From positions 717 through 64,716 of the forward strand of contig CALXFH010000007.1 of NCBI GenBank assembly GCA_944387555.1: a stretch of DNA of 64,000 nt. Direction: 5' to 3'. The notes below the pieces were generated by a model. The model did no database searches. It worked only from the letters and a program-made list of their open reading frames with translations, and had not been told where the DNA came from. The position numbers and the translations under genes were made by a program. Below, piece after piece: positions 19,842 to 29,160 of the stretch (its first letter is position 1; each line of letters starts with the position of its first letter). Origin of the DNA: an uncultured Clostridia bacterium (GTDB lineage: Bacteria; Bacillota; Clostridia; TANB77; CAG-508).

Positions 19842-20447
19842 TTACTTAGCAAGTTCTATTATATTGTCCATTATTTCTTTTGTTATCTTATCTAAAACTT
19901 CTTTATCTTTTGAACCTTTATACTCACTATAATCTAAAGCTTTTCCATAATTAATAGTAAGTTTCTTAAGTTCTTTAGTTCCTCCCTTAATACCACAAGG
20001 AACTACTTTTGCTCCGCTTCTTACTGCAAAAAATGCTACACCATCTTTTACTTTTTCTCCTTTTGCTAAACCATTTCTTGTACCTTCTGGGAAAAGAGCA
20101 ATACATTTTCCTTGTTTTAAATCTTTTAAAGACATCTTAATTGCTGCTATATCTTTTTCATCTCTTTTAACAGGTATTGCTTCAAATGCCCAACCAAGGA
20201 AAGCTAAAAATTTATTTTTATATAATTCTTCTTTTGCTAAAAATTTCAAATCTCTTTTAGCTGTTACAACAATTACAGGCGGGTCTATATAACTTCTATG
20301 GTTTCCACAAAAGATAACTGGTCCTTCTTTGGGAATATTTTCTACTCCATTAACTTCCATTCTATAAACTAGCTTAAACCATATATATAAAGCTCCTCTA
20401 ACTATAAATTTAACAACTTCTTTAAATCCACTTTTTATCTTACTCAT
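19842..20447 (-). CDS. plsC: 1-acyl-sn-glycerol-3-phosphate acyltransferase
   Basis: NHRSYID, FPEGTR. Confidence 0.9.
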   Translation of the reverse strand: MSKIKSGFKEVVKFIVRGALYIWFKLVYRMEVNGVENIPKEGPVIFCGNHRSYIDPPVIVVTAKRDLKFLAKEELYKNKFLAFLGWAFEAIPVKRDEKDIAAIKMSLKDLKQGKCIALFPEGTRNGLAKGEKVKDGVAFFAVRSGAKVVPCGIKGGTKELKKLTINYGKALDYSEYKGSKDKEVLDKITKEIMDNIIELAK

Positions 20448-20458
20448 AATAATTCTCC

Positions 20459-21127
20459 TTATGCTCTTTTTTTATTTATTATATTAATTATTTCATCTGC
20501 CACTTCTTCTATTGTCATATTACTAGAATCAATGTAAATAGCGTCTTCTGCTTTTTTTAATGCTCCCATTTCTCTTGTCTTATCATCTTCATCTCTTTTT
20601 TTCATATTAGCTTCTATTTCTTCATATGACATCTTAATTCCTAATTCTTCATTTTGTTTTATTCTTCTTTTAATTCTTTCTTCTAAACTTGCATCTAAAA
20701 ATATTTTAACATCTGCATGAGGAAATACATAAGTTCCTATATCTCTTCCTTCCATTATTACATCTTGATGTTCTGCTTGTTTTCTAAATATTTCATTTAA
20801 TTTAAATCTTACTTCTTTTATTGAAGAAACTGTAGATACTGTTGTTGCTACATCTTTTTGCCTAACTCTAGTTGTTACATCTTCTCCATTTAAATATATT
20901 AACTCTTTATCATTTACTTTCCTAAATTCTATATTTATTTTGTCTAACAACTCTATTATTCCTTTAGTATCAGTTACAGGTATATTATTCTTAATTGCTG
21001 CTAAAGCTACACTTCTATATGCTGCTCCTGAGCCTATATTTGTTAACCCTAGTTTTTTACTTACAATTTCAGTAATTGTTCCTTTTCCACTTCCTGCTGG
21101 TCCATCAATTGCAACTATAAAAGACAT
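20459..21127 (-). CDS. cmk: Cytidylate kinase
   Basis: AIDGPAGSGKGT, EGRDIGT. Confidence 0.93.
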   Translation of the reverse strand: MSFIVAIDGPAGSGKGTITEIVSKKLGLTNIGSGAAYRSVALAAIKNNIPVTDTKGIIELLDKINIEFRKVNDKELIYLNGEDVTTRVRQKDVATTVSTVSSIKEVRFKLNEIFRKQAEHQDVIMEGRDIGTYVFPHADVKIFLDASLEERIKRRIKQNEELGIKMSYEEIEANMKKRDEDDKTREMGALKKAEDAIYIDSSNMTIEEVADEIINIINKKRA

Positions 21128-22006
21128 CTAATTTTCCTCCCCTTCTTGTGGTACATATATGTTTTTTGCAACAACTTCTAGTTCTACCACATTCATTGCT
21201 GTTAATTTTTCTATTTCCTTTTTAGCTTTTTCTCTAAAGTCTTTTAAACCTTGTACCACATTAAAACCATAGACGATGCTTACTTCCATGTAAATTTTAG
21301 CACCTTCACCATAATTTTCTACTCTTGTTTTTAAAATTTTGTGTATTGCTGGTGTTCCACTTGCTAAATATTCTAGTATTTGTCTAAATACTAAATCTGA
21401 TATTGTAAATTTTCCTAAATAACTAAAAGTAGGTCTTATTATAGACTTTTCTGATATATATGGCTTTTGTCCTTTTCCTTTTGACTTAAATATTTGAAGT
21501 GGATCTAATAAATACCCAGAAAAATCTTTCTTTATCTCAAATGTTGGTACTGGTATTACGTGTTTTCCTTCTGTTACTCTTATTCTTCTTGCTGTTTTCA
21601 TTTCTTGTTCTGTTGCTACATCTGTTATATATGTTGTATCAGACACTTCTGGAAGTCCTAAGTTTGCTGCAATTTTTTGTACCATTCCATCAGATGTTCC
21701 AAGTATTAAGATCTTATCTGCTTTGTACTTTTTTAAAGCTTTTATTATTGGCTCCCTTTCTTTTTCTTCATAAAATAAGGCATGTCTTACTGTTGCAACC
21801 TTTGTTTCTGCTTTCTTTGCTGACTCTCCTGCAATTACTTCATTATCTTTTATAAGTAACCCATCATCTATTATAAAATTAATATTTTTTTCACTAGCTA
21901 CCATTTGTGCTCTATAGCTTTTTCCTGTCCCAGAAGGACCTACAAAAGCATATACTTTTATTTTTTTCATAAATGGTAACTTATCTTTTATCTCATCTAA
22001 TATCAT
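21128..22006 (-). CDS. P-loop protein with C-terminal Asp23/Gls24-like domain
   Basis: GPSGTGKS, IIDDGLLI, GKHVIPVPT, IIRPTFS. Confidence 0.75.
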   Translation of the reverse strand: MILDEIKDKLPFMKKIKVYAFVGPSGTGKSYRAQMVASEKNINFIIDDGLLIKDNEVIAGESAKKAETKVATVRHALFYEEKEREPIIKALKKYKADKILILGTSDGMVQKIAANLGLPEVSDTTYITDVATEQEMKTARRIRVTEGKHVIPVPTFEIKKDFSGYLLDPLQIFKSKGKGQKPYISEKSIIRPTFSYLGKFTISDLVFRQILEYLASGTPAIHKILKTRVENYGEGAKIYMEVSIVYGFNVVQGLKDFREKAKKEIEKLTAMNVVELEVVAKNIYVPQEGEEN

Positions 22007-22253
22007 ATTATGCTCCTATTTTTAATATTTATTATTAATACAATTTGTATTATACCATTTTATTTTGTTATCTACAAGAAAAATAGAGAATAATTTTGTT
22101 ACGTTATATTATTTTTATGCAATAATCATTTTGAGACAAAAAGACCTGTCCCCATTTTTCTCATTTTTTCAACAAATTTTAGTTTACATATTTTCTTTTT
22201 GTAAAAAATATGTTATAATAGTAATAGTTGGTAAATAAAGGAGGATTTTCTTT

Positions 22254-22679
22254 ATGTGGTATGTGTGGTTGATATTAGCAGGTATATTTGCAATTGGAGA
22301 GGTATTAACTACAGGCTTTTTAATCTTTTGGTTATCATTAGGATCTCTTATTGCAATGGTAGTTAGTTTCTTTATTCCTGACATAATAGTCCAAACAACT
22401 ATATTTTTAATATCTTCTGTAATATTAATACTAGCCACTAAACCATTAGTTAAGAAACTTGCTAACATAGAAACAGTTAAAACTAATGCATATTCTATAA
22501 TAGGGAAAAAAGGTATAGTTACAAATGATATTAATTCCATAAATTCTACTGGTCAAGTTAAAATAGAAGGAGAACTTTGGTCAGCTATCGGTAAAGATGA
22601 TATGGATATTCCAAAAGGTACAGAAGTTGAAGTAAATGAAATTAAAGGTGTTAAAGTTATTGTTACACCTATAAAATAA
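22254..22679 (+). CDS. NfeD-like membrane protein
   Basis: N-terminal TMs, GQVKIEGELWSA OB-fold; upstream of an SPFH gene. Confidence 0.9.
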   Translation: MWYVWLILAGIFAIGEVLTTGFLIFWLSLGSLIAMVVSFFIPDIIVQTTIFLISSVILILATKPLVKKLANIETVKTNAYSIIGKKGIVTNDINSINSTGQVKIEGELWSAIGKDDMDIPKGTEVEVNEIKGVKVIVTPIK

Positions 22680-22736
22680 GTTATTTAATTTTTAAATATA
22701 TATTAAAATTATAGTAAAAATAAAAGGAGGAAAATT

Positions 22737-23675
22737 ATGATAGTTTTAATTATATTATTAATTATCGTCTTAGTTTTAGCTGCAATGTCTATTAAAATAG
22801 TAAAACAATCTGAAGTATACATTATAGAAAGATTAGGTAAATTTTATAAAGTTGCAGATGCTGGACTTACAATAATCATACCATTCTTAGACCACGTAAG
22901 AAGTGTTGTAAGTTTAAAACAACAAACAATGGATATACCACCTCAAGATGTTATCACTAAAGATAACGTTACAATTACAATTGATACAGTTGTGTTTTAT
23001 CAAATAACTGATCCTGCAAAAGCAGTTTATGAAATCCAGTCTTTAAAAAAAGGTATTGAGTATTTAGCTATCACAACTATTCGTGATATTATTGGTAAAA
23101 TGAACTTAGATGAAACATTTAGTTCAAGAGATGGAATTAACACTCAATTAAGAGTTGCACTTGATGAAGCAACAGACAGATGGGGTTGTAAAATTGATAG
23201 AGTTGAAATAAAAGATATTACACCTCCACCAGATGTTAAAGATGCAATGGAAAAAGAAATGAACGCAGAAAGAAATAAAAGAGCTATGATTTTAGAGTCT
23301 GAAGCTCAAAGACAATCTGCTATCACTATTGCAGAAGGTAAAAAACAAGCAGCTATATTAGAAGCTGAAGCTGATAAAGAATCTCAAATTAGAAGGGCTG
23401 CCGGTGAAGCTCAAGCTATTCGTGAAGTTGCTGAAGCTAAAGCTAAAGAAATTCAAATGGTTTATGATGCAATTAAGAAATCTAACCCTGATGATAAACT
23501 AGTTCAATTAAAATCATTAGAAGCTTTAGAGAAAGTTGCTGATGGTGAAGCAAATAAAGTCTTTATTCCATTCGAGGCAACTAATGCTTTAAGTTCTTTA
23601 GGAGCTATGGCAGAAGCTGTTAAAGATAATAAAAAAGAAACATCTAAAAAAACAGATAATACACCAAAAGAATAA
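22737..23675 (+). CDS. SPFH/band 7 (stomatin-like, QmcA-type) protein
   Basis: IIERLGKF, ITKDNV, AERNKRA coiled coil. Confidence 0.92.
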   Translation: MIVLIILLIIVLVLAAMSIKIVKQSEVYIIERLGKFYKVADAGLTIIIPFLDHVRSVVSLKQQTMDIPPQDVITKDNVTITIDTVVFYQITDPAKAVYEIQSLKKGIEYLAITTIRDIIGKMNLDETFSSRDGINTQLRVALDEATDRWGCKIDRVEIKDITPPPDVKDAMEKEMNAERNKRAMILESEAQRQSAITIAEGKKQAAILEAEADKESQIRRAAGEAQAIREVAEAKAKEIQMVYDAIKKSNPDDKLVQLKSLEALEKVADGEANKVFIPFEATNALSSLGAMAEAVKDNKKETSKKTDNTPKE

Positions 23676-23750
23676 TATTACATATAAAAAGGATAAAATT
23701 TAAAATGAATTTTATCCTTTTTATTTATAATTATAATTTAGTTTAAAACT

Positions 23751-24617
23751 TTATTTTTCCATTATTTTAACAATTAATTTTCTAAAATTTGAACAATATG
23801 GTATTGGTATATATATTCCCTCTTGTAATCTTAACATTATATCATCTAATTCTACTAGTATTGCCATCATATCTATCAAATTTTCATCTAAAGTATTATC
23901 TAATTTCTTATATTCAGAAACAACACTTTTAAATTCTTCTTCATTTCTACAAACTTCCATTTTTATAAAAGCTAAATCAAGTTCTTTTATTGCATATTGT
24001 GCTCCACCTGGGTCTACAATACATGATAGTTTATTTTCTTCATTAATTAAAATATTTTCTGGATTTAAATCATACCATATTAGTTGAGGTTTTAAATTTT
24101 TATCTATTGTATAATTTATAATATTTTGTTCTTTTTCTTTTATTAATTCTATTTCTTCTTTAGATAAATATTTTTTAAACACTCCTTCAAACCTGTTAAA
24201 TTGTCCTTCTAAATATTTAATAAAACTTTGATTTCCATTAGTACAACCATCATCTGTTATCCATCCAAAATAGTCACTGTCTTTTATTGAATGAACTTTA
24301 TATAACGTTTCACAAAGTTCTTTTGCAATATTTGAAATAGAAAAATTAGTTTTTAATTTTCTAATTTCTTTTAGACTTTTTGCGTTTTTATATTCTGTAT
24401 ATAAAACTGCTTTATCCTTTAATTCAATATATTTATAACATTTTGGAATATATTCTGTATTTGCATATTTTGATATTTTATTTAAAATATCATATTTCTT
24501 TTTAGCTTGGTAATAAGAACCTCCTTTATATTCTTGATATATAACATCCTTTCCATCTTCTTCAATAATATAAGTATTACATCTTATTCCATTAAATATT
24601 TTTCCTTTTATTTCCAT
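23751..24617 (-). CDS. APH/choline-kinase-like phosphotransferase
   Basis: WYDLNPENIL (Brenner-like motif) and IVDPG. Confidence 0.7.
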   Translation of the reverse strand: MEIKGKIFNGIRCNTYIIEEDGKDVIYQEYKGGSYYQAKKKYDILNKISKYANTEYIPKCYKYIELKDKAVLYTEYKNAKSLKEIRKLKTNFSISNIAKELCETLYKVHSIKDSDYFGWITDDGCTNGNQSFIKYLEGQFNRFEGVFKKYLSKEEIELIKEKEQNIINYTIDKNLKPQLIWYDLNPENILINEENKLSCIVDPGGAQYAIKELDLAFIKMEVCRNEEEFKSVVSEYKKLDNTLDENLIDMMAILVELDDIMLRLQEGIYIPIPYCSNFRKLIVKIMEK

Positions 24618-24645
24618 TGTTAAAATTTTCTCCTTTTATTGAATT

Positions 24646-26133
24646 TTAATCCTTTAACAATTCATTTATCTTATTTCTTTTAATTTTTCCAGTACCTGTC
24701 GTAGGCAATTTTTCTACAACTTTTACATCATTAATGACATAATCCTTTAAATTCAAATTAATATAATCATACAAATCTTGAATTGTATAATCTTTTTTTA
24801 GTTCAGCAATAATATCAAAATATGGAAAATTTCCTACTTCATTTTTGTTTGTTTTTACATGAACTCTTTTAATTCCATCAAATTTATATAATTTGTTTTC
24901 CAATTCTCTAAATTGTTTATCAGCTTCTCCAATCATTTGTAAATCAGTATATCTTCCTGCAAAGAAATAATATCCATCTTCATCTCTTTTTACAACATCA
25001 TTTGTATTAAACCATCCATCCTCAGTTAAATTTTCCGTATCTTTCAAGTCTACATTCACATATCCTTTAAATACCATTGGGCCTTTTATCCACAATAGTC
25101 CCCACATTCCGTTCGATAATTCATTTCCGTTCAAATCTAAAATTTTACATTCTGTATTTGATACACATTTTCCCAAACTTCCAACTTTTCTTTCTGCAGC
25201 TGAATAATTAAAATGTGTTAATGAAGTAGTTTCTGTTAAGCCATATCCTTCTGTAATAACTGCTCCTGTCATTTTTTCAAATTTTTTTATACACTCAATT
25301 GGTAAAGAATCTCCTCCACTGTCACATACTTTCAAGTTTTCTAATTTATGTAAACTGTTACTATTATTAATTATATCTATATACATATATGGTGAACCCG
25401 GAAAAATCTCTGGTTTTAATTTTTCATTTATTTCTAAGAAAATTTTTAAATTCCATTCTTTCATTATCAATACAATTGCACCTGCTGCAATGCAATTGGT
25501 TAAGCATGCGAACATTGCATAATTATGCCATAATGGTAATACAGTAATACATCTATATTTTTTCTTCATTTTGTAAACCTTGTTATATTCTTCAGAAACA
25601 AATGAAACATTTTTAAAAGTTGTCTCAACAGGTTTAGAAAACTTACCGCTTGTTCCACTTGTATAAGAAATTAACATTATATCCTCAAAATCATGGTTTA
25701 TTTTTTCTACTTCCAAATTATTTGAATAGTCATCAAAATTAATCTCATTATAATTTATTATCTCTTTTATATTACTTTTATTCAGTATTTCTTCATATTC
25801 ATCCTCTGATATTATTAATTTCAAGTTATTAACTTTTATTATATAATTTAGTTCATCTAATGAAACTTTAGTATTAATAGCAACTATTATCTTATCATTT
25901 AAGACTAGACTATAAAAAGAATTTACAAATCCTAAACTATTATTCATTAATATTCCAACTTTTTTTCCATAATTATTCATTTTGTTGTTTTTATTTATAT
26001 AGTTTGTAAATTTTATTACATCACAACTTTTCAGTTTTTTTATTTCTAATCCTTTTTCATAATCAGCATATTCAGCAATAATTGAATTTTTATCTTCAAT
26101 GTTTCTATACATATATTCTATTATATTTTTCAT
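24646..26133 (-). CDS. AMP-binding (ANL superfamily) adenylation enzyme / acyl-CoA ligase-like
   Basis: YTSGTSG, LPLWH, EGYGLTET, GWFNTND, LPTTGTGKI; start at ATG 26133. Confidence 0.85.
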   Translation of the reverse strand: MKNIIEYMYRNIEDKNSIIAEYADYEKGLEIKKLKSCDVIKFTNYINKNNKMNNYGKKVGILMNNSLGFVNSFYSLVLNDKIIVAINTKVSLDELNYIIKVNNLKLIISEDEYEEILNKSNIKEIINYNEINFDDYSNNLEVEKINHDFEDIMLISYTSGTSGKFSKPVETTFKNVSFVSEEYNKVYKMKKKYRCITVLPLWHNYAMFACLTNCIAAGAIVLIMKEWNLKIFLEINEKLKPEIFPGSPYMYIDIINNSNSLHKLENLKVCDSGGDSLPIECIKKFEKMTGAVITEGYGLTETTSLTHFNYSAAERKVGSLGKCVSNTECKILDLNGNELSNGMWGLLWIKGPMVFKGYVNVDLKDTENLTEDGWFNTNDVVKRDEDGYYFFAGRYTDLQMIGEADKQFRELENKLYKFDGIKRVHVKTNKNEVGNFPYFDIIAELKKDYTIQDLYDYINLNLKDYVINDVKVVEKLPTTGTGKIKRNKINELLKD

Positions 26134-26134
26134 T

Positions 26135-27886
26135 TTAAACCTCCATATCAAATACAATTTCAAATCTCCAATATACTAATAATATCCATTGCTCGATATA
26201 AGTAAAATTGTCTATATTGTCTAATTTTTTTTGCTCTACGATTTCATTAATAATTTTTGATTTTCTAATTTTTTCCCAATTTTTAATACATATTTCTTTT
26301 ATTTTTTCATTGTAAATACTTGGTGGTTCTGGAAAAGGATATTTTTCTCTATTTATAATTCCTTGATTAATTTTTCCTTCTGCAAACTTTCTGACTACGT
26401 ATTTTTCTCTTCCATCAAAAAGTTTTAATTTACTTGAAGCTTTATAAGCTAGCTCCACAATACGATGATTATCTACAAAAGGTACTCGACTTTCAACACT
26501 ATTGGCCATAGCAATTTTATCTTCCTGCATTAACAAATCATGTAATATCGTTTTTAATGACATATCTGCATATGAATTTAAAATATCCTTTTTATCTAAT
26601 TGTAAATTATGGTTTAAATATTTTTTTAAAGTTGGTTTAAGTATATTTTTCAGCTTCTTATTTAAACAATTTTTAAAGATCATATTTTTTATATAATAAT
26701 TTTCTATTAAAAAATCTTCATTTACATCTTTATTTATATATTTAAATATTTCCCAAGTAAATATATATCCTAGCCAAACTTCATCTGAGCCCTGTCCACT
26801 TATAACTACAGTATATCCATCATCTTTAGCAGCTTTATAATTAAAATACATTGGAATGTATACCTTATCTATTAAAATTTCTTCTACTGAATAAGTAACC
26901 TTATCGATGTTTTGAATATTATACATGTCTTCGGTTATTAAAATATTATGTTGATCGAGCCCCTCTTCATCCTTTAAAATATTAGCGTAATTCAAATCCA
27001 AATCATTATCATAATCATAATGTATTGTATATGTGCTTAATTTTTCTTGCATATTGTCATTCAAAATTTTACAAACTAAACTGCTATCTAATCCTCCTGA
27101 CAAGAAAGCCGCAACAGGTACTTTCGCTAATTTTTTCTTTTCCACAGACTTTATAAATTCTTCTGAAAAATCTTTAATTAAATCTTCTACATTATTATAT
27201 TCATTAGTAAACTTTAGTTTATAATACCTATGTTTTTCCACTTCATTCTTACTATTTATTTTAATATATTGTCCTGGCTCAAGCATATAGATATTTTTAA
27301 ATAAAGTCTTTTTTGGATCCATCCATAATTTACAATTTAACGAAATTAAGACTGTTTCCAAATCAAATTTTCTTTCTATTGTAGTATCTTGAATTATACT
27401 TTTTATCTCACTTGCAAAAATCAATTTTTCATCATTTAAATAATAATATAATGGTTTTATGCCAAATCTATCTCTTATAATATATACTTCTTTTGTCTTT
27501 TTATTAAATAAACAAATCGCATAGCATCCCTCTATTTTATTTAATGTCTCTTCAAGGCCAAAACAATGAATATACTTTATTAAGACTTCAGTATCACCTT
27601 TTGTAGTAAATGTATATCCTTTAAGCATTAATGTCTCTTTTAATTCAATATAATTATATATTTCACCATTATATATTATAACTAAATTATCAAATTCATA
27701 TGGTTGCAATGATTTATTAGATAAATCCTGTATTTTTAGTAATACATGTCCTAATCCAATATTATCATTTATATAAATCTTATTTCCATCTGGTCCCCTA
27801 TGTTTTAAAACTCTAATCATGTCTTGTATTTCTTTAGCTTTTACATTTTTGTTATTTAAATTAATTTTTCCAACAATTCCACACAT
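26135..27886 (-). CDS. Asparagine synthetase B-like glutamine amidotransferase
   Basis: MCGIVG N-terminal nucleophile, HRGPD, YNGEIYN, RDRFGIKPLYY, SGGLDSS, ESRVPF. Confidence 0.9.
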   Translation of the reverse strand: MCGIVGKINLNNKNVKAKEIQDMIRVLKHRGPDGNKIYINDNIGLGHVLLKIQDLSNKSLQPYEFDNLVIIYNGEIYNYIELKETLMLKGYTFTTKGDTEVLIKYIHCFGLEETLNKIEGCYAICLFNKKTKEVYIIRDRFGIKPLYYYLNDEKLIFASEIKSIIQDTTIERKFDLETVLISLNCKLWMDPKKTLFKNIYMLEPGQYIKINSKNEVEKHRYYKLKFTNEYNNVEDLIKDFSEEFIKSVEKKKLAKVPVAAFLSGGLDSSLVCKILNDNMQEKLSTYTIHYDYDNDLDLNYANILKDEEGLDQHNILITEDMYNIQNIDKVTYSVEEILIDKVYIPMYFNYKAAKDDGYTVVISGQGSDEVWLGYIFTWEIFKYINKDVNEDFLIENYYIKNMIFKNCLNKKLKNILKPTLKKYLNHNLQLDKKDILNSYADMSLKTILHDLLMQEDKIAMANSVESRVPFVDNHRIVELAYKASSKLKLFDGREKYVVRKFAEGKINQGIINREKYPFPEPPSIYNEKIKEICIKNWEKIRKSKIINEIVEQKKLDNIDNFTYIEQWILLVYWRFEIVFDMEV

Positions 27887-27948
27887 TATTTGCTCCTTCT
27901 ATTCAATAAACTATTTTTTCATTCAATACTTCTTATTGTATATTTTTT

Positions 27949-27992
27949 ATATGGCACTTACTAAATATAATTATATTTAGTAAGTGCCATAT
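27949..27992. repeat. 44-bp perfect palindrome
   Basis: ATATGGCACTTACTAAATATAA|TTATATTTAGTAAGTGCCATAT. Confidence 0.9.
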
Positions 27993-27994
27993 TC

Positions 27995-28822
27995 TTAAAT
28001 TTTCAAATTCACACAAATTTCGCATTCTTTTTCATAAGATAATTCAATTCCCGGATTATAATTATCCTCTGGAGAATGCCAGTCACTTCCAGCAGTAACA
28101 AATAGTCCATTTTTCAAAGCTATAGATTGATAAAAACTTTTTTGAGTTTCAGAACTCATCAAATAAAATGCTTCTATTCCTTGTAATCCATATAATTTCA
28201 TTTTAGATATAAACGTTTCTATTTCATCATCAGTCATATGTATCCTACAAGGATGTGCTAAAACTGGTATTCCTCCAGACTTTAAAATCATATCAATTAT
28301 AAATTCAACCGTATAATGATTTCTATTAATATAATACTTTGAAGATGGTAATAAAAATGCTCTCTTTGCTTCTTCAAAAGTACTTGCATATCCTTTTTTC
28401 ACAAGGCCTGCAGCAATATGTGATGTTGTCAAATGTATTCCTGGAGTTAGAGAATTGATTTCATCAAATGAAATAGACATTCCTATACTATTAAACAGTT
28501 CAATATAATCATATATCAAATTTATCCGCTCTGCTCTTAATTTAATAAGATACTTTTCTATTTCTTCTAACTTAGAAAAATTATAACCTAGAATATGAAC
28601 ATATTGTTCATTTTCTATATCATAATATGCTTCAAATTCCACACCTGCAATAAATCTAAGTTTTAGCTCTTCTGCTATTTTTTCAGCTTCGCTTATACCT
28701 AAAATCGAATCGTGGTCCGTTATAGCAAATGAAGTTACTCCAATTTTCTTTAGCAACCGTATTAATTCAAATGGCGTATAGCTTCCATCTGAATAAAGTG
28801 TGTGCAAATGAAAATCAATCAT
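27995..28822 (-). CDS. PHP domain phosphoesterase (TrpH/RnaseAM-like)
   Basis: DFHLHTLYSDG, ITDHD, HILGY, LAHP, GSDWH; ATG 28822 after GGAGG. Confidence 0.88.
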   Translation of the reverse strand: MIDFHLHTLYSDGSYTPFELIRLLKKIGVTSFAITDHDSILGISEAEKIAEELKLRFIAGVEFEAYYDIENEQYVHILGYNFSKLEEIEKYLIKLRAERINLIYDYIELFNSIGMSISFDEINSLTPGIHLTTSHIAAGLVKKGYASTFEEAKRAFLLPSSKYYINRNHYTVEFIIDMILKSGGIPVLAHPCRIHMTDDEIETFISKMKLYGLQGIEAFYLMSSETQKSFYQSIALKNGLFVTAGSDWHSPEDNYNPGIELSYEKECEICVNLKI

Positions 28823-28935
28823 TTTGTATACCTCCAAATGATAAAAAAGTACACTTACAATTTACATAAAAATATCATGTTTTTCATAATTTGTCAACCA
28901 TTTTTTTCCAATTTAATTTTTTATTTTTGTAAAAT

Positions 28936-29017
28936 AAAAAAACACATCTATCTTGACTAGAAGATGTGTTTTTAACATATAACCAGGCAAACCACGTTTG
29001 TGGTTTCTCCATTTCCT
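28936..29017 (-). ncRNA. Candidate ~80-nt small RNA or leader transcript
   Basis: Lies between a consensus promoter (29024-29052) and a terminator (28936-28973); internal hairpin AAACCAC-AAAC-GTGGTTT. Confidence 0.45.
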
Positions 29018-29023
29018 ATAACT

Positions 29024-29052
29024 ATTATACACAGATTTAGCAGAAATGTCAA
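29024..29052 (-). promoter_or_regulatory. Consensus sigma-A promoter
   Basis: TTGACA-N17-TATAAT on the minus strand. Confidence 0.8.
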
Positions 29053-29160
29053 ATATTTTATATATAACTCTATTTTCTCTAAATTTAATACATTTTTAAA
29101 ATCATTACTTATTATCTAGAAAGAGAAGTTTTCTAAATTAGAAAGCTTCTCTTTCTTATT

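Noticed and set aside
23751-28822. Lasso peptide cluster (AsnB-like cyclase plus kinase)
   Set aside because: AsnB retains the N-terminal Cys glutaminase domain, and no B1/RRE, B2 protease or convincing precursor is seen.
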